Below are positions 60,853-64,000 of a stretch of 64,000 nt of DNA, piece after piece. Position 1 is the stretch's first letter; the number at the start of each line of letters is the position of its first letter. The DNA is taken from NCBI RefSeq assembly GCF_013912005.1, contig NZ_JACESB010000006.1, positions 35,784-99,783 on the forward strand, given 5' to 3'. The translations under genes and the position numbers were made by a program. Source of the DNA: Brevundimonas sp. (lineage in GTDB: Bacteria > Pseudomonadota > Alphaproteobacteria > Caulobacterales > Caulobacteraceae). The notes below the pieces were generated by a model that saw nothing but the letters and a program-made list of their open reading frames with translations, was not told the origin of the DNA and searched no databases.

Positions 60853-61428
60853 ATGACCGATGCCCCCGTCTCCCAGGCCGAAGCCGAGGCCGCCGTCCGC
60901 ACCCTGATCCGCTGGGCCGGGGACGATCCCGACCGGGAGGGCGTGCTCGATACGCCCGCGCGGGTGGCGCGCAGCTACCGCGAGCTGTTCGCCGGCTACG
61001 CCAGCGATCCGCGGGAATATCTCGAGCGCACCTTCGAGGAGGTCGGCGGCTACGACGAGCTGGTGGTGCTGAAGGACATCCGCTTCGTCAGCTTCTGCGA
61101 ACACCACATGCTGCCGGTGGTCGGCCGCGCCCACGTCGGCTACCTGCCCACCGACCGGGTGGTCGGCATCTCCAAGCTGGCGCGGGTGGTGCACGGCTTC
61201 GCCCGACGGCTGCAGATCCAGGAGAAGATGACCTCCGAGATCGCCACCGCCATCCACGAGGTGTTGCGCCCGCAGGGCGTGGGCGTGGTGATCGAGGCCG
61301 AGCACAGCTGCATGACGCTGCGGGGGGTCAATACGGCGGGCGCGAGTCTGTCGACCAGTTGTCTGATGGGCGTGATCCGCGACGACCCGCGCACCCGCGA
61401 GGAGTTCCTGCGACTGGTCCGGGGCTGA
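60853..61428 (+). CDS. folE: GTP cyclohydrolase I
   Basis: TPARVAR, FCEHHMLP, GISKLAR, RLQIQE and HSCMTLRG. Confidence 0.97.
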   Translation: MTDAPVSQAEAEAAVRTLIRWAGDDPDREGVLDTPARVARSYRELFAGYASDPREYLERTFEEVGGYDELVVLKDIRFVSFCEHHMLPVVGRAHVGYLPTDRVVGISKLARVVHGFARRLQIQEKMTSEIATAIHEVLRPQGVGVVIEAEHSCMTLRGVNTAGASLSTSCLMGVIRDDPRTREEFLRLVRG

Positions 61429-61456
61429 TCTCCGTCGCGTGGCGCAAGGTCGCCCG

Positions 61457-61481
61457 GGAACGAGCCGGGCCGCCTCCTGTT
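61457..61481 (+). promoter_or_regulatory. Probable EcfG/sigmaT promoter
   Basis: GGAAC-N16-TGTT upstream of the RBS (AAGGAG) of the ATG at 61511. Confidence 0.55.
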
Positions 61482-61510
61482 CTGAACCCGTGTCAGAAAA
61501 GGAGACGACG

Positions 61511-61798
61511 ATGGCGAACGCCGGCGACGACCGTGAGACGGTCTACCTGAACACCGCGGACCGCGAGAGCCTGTGCCGACTGGACGGCGTGGAGCCGCAG
61601 ATCGCCGAGGCCCTGATCGAGGCCCGTCCGTTCCACGAATGGGGCGACCTGAAGCGGGTCGACGGCGTCGACCAGGAGCGGATCAACGCGCTGAAGAGCG
61701 CCGGCGCCGAGCTGGGCGAGCCCACGAGCGGCCCGATCGGAGAGCCCGGCAGCGGCGGCAGCGCCGACTCGCCCGCGGGCAATATGGGCCGGGCCTGA
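61511..61798 (+). CDS. Small helix-hairpin-helix (ComEA-like) protein
   Basis: LNTADRESLCRLDGV...AEALIEARPF..WGDLKRVDGV; no signal peptide. Confidence 0.8.
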   Translation: MANAGDDRETVYLNTADRESLCRLDGVEPQIAEALIEARPFHEWGDLKRVDGVDQERINALKSAGAELGEPTSGPIGEPGSGGSADSPAGNMGRA

Positions 61799-61857
61799 CC
61801 TGACTCCGGAAACGCGGCCCGGTCCTTGCGGAATTCGCCTCCGAGGAGGCTTTTCGG

Positions 61858-63006
61858 ATGGCCTGGACCGCGATTTCGACCCGGAATGAGACACCGCCCA
61901 TCGTGCGCGGCGGCTGGCTGGACGCGCTGCGTTTCATTGTGGCCGGGCTGATCATCCTGCATCACTTCCAGGGCGCCGGGCCGATCGCCCTCGCCGAGAG
62001 CCTGCATCCGGCGTTCGAGCGCAGCGGCTTCCTGCTGACCAACTTCTTCCTGATCGACAGCGGCTATGTGCTGATGCGGGTGTACGGCGCCTCGGTGGCC
62101 GGCGGCCGGATGTCGGCGGGCGACTTCTTCCTCAAGCGCTACCTGCGCGTCGTCCCGGCGCACCTGATGATGGGGCTGGCGCTGGTGGCGCTGGTGGTCG
62201 GGGGCGGGATGCTGGGCTTCGCGCCCCGCGCGCCGGAATGGTTCCGCTGGGACCAGCTGCCGGCCCAGCTGACCCTGACCCAGGCGTACGGCGTCCCCGG
62301 CGGCTACGGCTGGAACGCGCCAAGCTGGTCGATCTCGGCCCTGATCGGCTGCTACCTGGCGTTCCCGTGGCTGCTGCGCGGGCTGATGAAGCTGGGGCCG
62401 TGGGCGACGCTGGGCCTGGGCGTCGGAGGTTACCTGCTGGCCAATGAACTCACCTGGGCGCTGCTCGGCTATCCGGTCTACCAGATGCCCATGGGCTTCG
62501 GCTTCTTCCGCGCCCTGCCCCTGTTCTTCCTCGGCATGGCGCTGGCGTGGTTCGCGCAGAAGACCTGGATCCATCCGCGGCTGGCCGGCTGGTCGGGGAT
62601 CGGCGCGGCGGTGCTGCTGGCCGGCCTGCAGTTCTTCGACAAGCACGCCCTGGCGTCGCTGGCCTGCATCTCGGTGATCATCCTCGCGGCGGGGGCGACC
62701 CCCACCCCGCGGCCGTCGAAGTGGGTCGAGAAGGCGGCGCAGGTCAGCTTCTCGATGTTCATCACCAACGAGGTCGTCCGCATCGCCTGGTTCGGCGTGG
62801 GCAATGTGGCGATCGCCCGGCTGGCCCTGCCGGTGGCGGCCCAGTGGGCGATCTGGGCCGGCGGCGTGCTGGCCGCCTTCGCCTTCGCCTGGCTGTTCCA
62901 CGTCGCCGTGGACCAGCCGCTCCAGAACCGCATCCGCGACTGGCTGAAGGGCCGGCGCGCCCGCAAGGCGCCGGCGCTCCAGCCGGTGGTGTCGCTGGAG
63001 GGCTGA
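61858..63006 (+). CDS. Acyltransferase family 3 membrane protein
   Basis: LDALRF..A..IILHHF, FFLIDSGYVL, R..R, WN.PSWSISA and SFSMFI; GAGGAGG RBS. Confidence 0.88.
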   Translation: MAWTAISTRNETPPIVRGGWLDALRFIVAGLIILHHFQGAGPIALAESLHPAFERSGFLLTNFFLIDSGYVLMRVYGASVAGGRMSAGDFFLKRYLRVVPAHLMMGLALVALVVGGGMLGFAPRAPEWFRWDQLPAQLTLTQAYGVPGGYGWNAPSWSISALIGCYLAFPWLLRGLMKLGPWATLGLGVGGYLLANELTWALLGYPVYQMPMGFGFFRALPLFFLGMALAWFAQKTWIHPRLAGWSGIGAAVLLAGLQFFDKHALASLACISVIILAAGATPTPRPSKWVEKAAQVSFSMFITNEVVRIAWFGVGNVAIARLALPVAAQWAIWAGGVLAAFAFAWLFHVAVDQPLQNRIRDWLKGRRARKAPALQPVVSLEG

Positions 63007-63012
63007 GCCGGC

Positions 63013-63999
63013 CTAGCCGCCGCAGCCCGTCGCCGAACCCGCCTCCACCCGGCCGGCCTTCATGACCAGCCGGGGCGTGCGCAGCGGGGTCAGCGCGGCG
63101 GTCGGGTCGCCCTCGACGGCGACCAGATCGGCCCAGGCCTGCGGGCGCACCACGCCGAGCCCGTCGTCCCCGAGCATCCGCCCGGCCTCCCAGGTGGCGC
63201 TCCGGAGCACCTCGGCCGGTGTCATGCCGGACTCCACATAGGCGTCGAGCACCCCGAGCGCCGAAGCCCCCCTGCCCCGCTCGTACGGCCCGTAGGCGTC
63301 GGAACCGGCGGCGATGCGGACGCCGAGACGGCGGGCGCGACGGATGCGGTCGCGGCTCTCCTCAAGGTGTCGTTCGACCTCCTCGCGCGGCGGCCGCTGC
63401 GGCCAGCCGGCGGTGATCTCCAGCGCCCGCTCCAGCGAGACGTCGGTGGGCACCAGCCAGACCCCCTTCTCCGCCATCAGACGCAGCGTCGCGTCCGAGA
63501 CCTGGTAGGCGTGCTCGATCGAGGTGACGCCGGCCTCGACCGCCTCGCGGACAGCCTCGTCGCCGGTGGCGTGGGCGGCGACGGGGATGCGATGGCGCCT
63601 GGCCTCGGCGACGATGGCCGCCATCTCCTCGGGCGAAAGACGGGTCCGCTGGGGCGTGGCCTCGGCGTAGATCTTGATCACCTCGGCGCCGCGGGCGATG
63701 GCCTCGCGGACTGCCGCGCGGCCGTCCTCGACGCCGGTGACGATGCGGTATTCGGCGTCGACGAGGTGGTGCGGATCGTGCGGCTGGGGCTGCAGCTGCC
63801 CGCCGGCCGGCGCGAGCCCCGGACCCGAGCCGTAGATGCGCGGCCCCGGGACCGAACCGCCCCGGACGCCCTGCTCGAGCATCAGGTCGAGGAAGCGCCC
63901 CGAGTTGCCGAGGTCGCGCACGCTGGTGAAGCCGGCCTCGAGGTATTCGCGGGCGCGCCGGGCGCCGGCGAGGCTGCGCACCACGTCGCCCTGGATGGC
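63013..63999 (-). CDS. Amidohydrolase family protein (Xaa-Pro dipeptidase-like), 5' end outside the window
   Basis: AGFTSVRDLG, VIKIYA, VAAHA, SIEHA, AAGSDA and ADLVAVEGDP. The frame is open to the window edge. Confidence 0.88.
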   Translation of the reverse strand, partial: AIQGDVVRSLAGARRAREYLEAGFTSVRDLGNSGRFLDLMLEQGVRGGSVPGPRIYGSGPGLAPAGGQLQPQPHDPHHLVDAEYRIVTGVEDGRAAVREAIARGAEVIKIYAEATPQRTRLSPEEMAAIVAEARRHRIPVAAHATGDEAVREAVEAGVTSIEHAYQVSDATLRLMAEKGVWLVPTDVSLERALEITAGWPQRPPREEVERHLEESRDRIRRARRLGVRIAAGSDAYGPYERGRGASALGVLDAYVESGMTPAEVLRSATWEAGRMLGDDGLGVVRPQAWADLVAVEGDPTAALTPLRTPRLVMKAGRVEAGSATGCGG

Positions 64000-64000
64000 C

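Overview
GC-rich alphaproteobacterial chromosome segment. It looks like Caulobacteraceae, probably Brevundimonas-like, judged from the flbD/fliF flagellar cluster, CtrA boxes and EcfG/sigmaT promoters. (1) Bases 1-15439 appear to be the distal end of a genomic island integrated at the 3' end of guaA: a copy of the guaA terminus, GATCGAGTGGGAGTGA (IEWE*), sits at 15424-15439 after an AT-rich tract. Its cargo is an FNR/FixK-boxed module (Prs-like, phosphoketolase, beta-CASP nuclease, AMP/thymidine phosphorylase, acetate kinase, Cu ATPase operon, ATP-grasp-like protein). Next to the att site is a translationally coupled pair, an Mrr-like PD-(D/E)XK protein plus a HEPN-like protein, which is the best candidate here for an undescribed defence system. 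(2) 15440-16750 is decayed DNA containing an HlyB-type T1SS pseudogene. (3) 16958-28762 holds a FecI/FecR/TonB signalling system, a second TonB receptor, a PI-PLC/acid-phosphatase fusion and a BlaI/M56 pair with a tandem operator. (4) 28769-64000 is mostly core genome: ileS (with a candidate Ile leader peptide), ribF, xseB-csaA-ispA-dxs, an MNT-HEPN toxin-antitoxin pair, a CHASE3 phosphorelay, csbD, class II flagellar operons with a class A beta-lactamase between flbD and flhA, and folE. No rRNA, tRNA, CRISPR array or transposase was recognised. All calls come from reading motifs by eye; no database searches were run.
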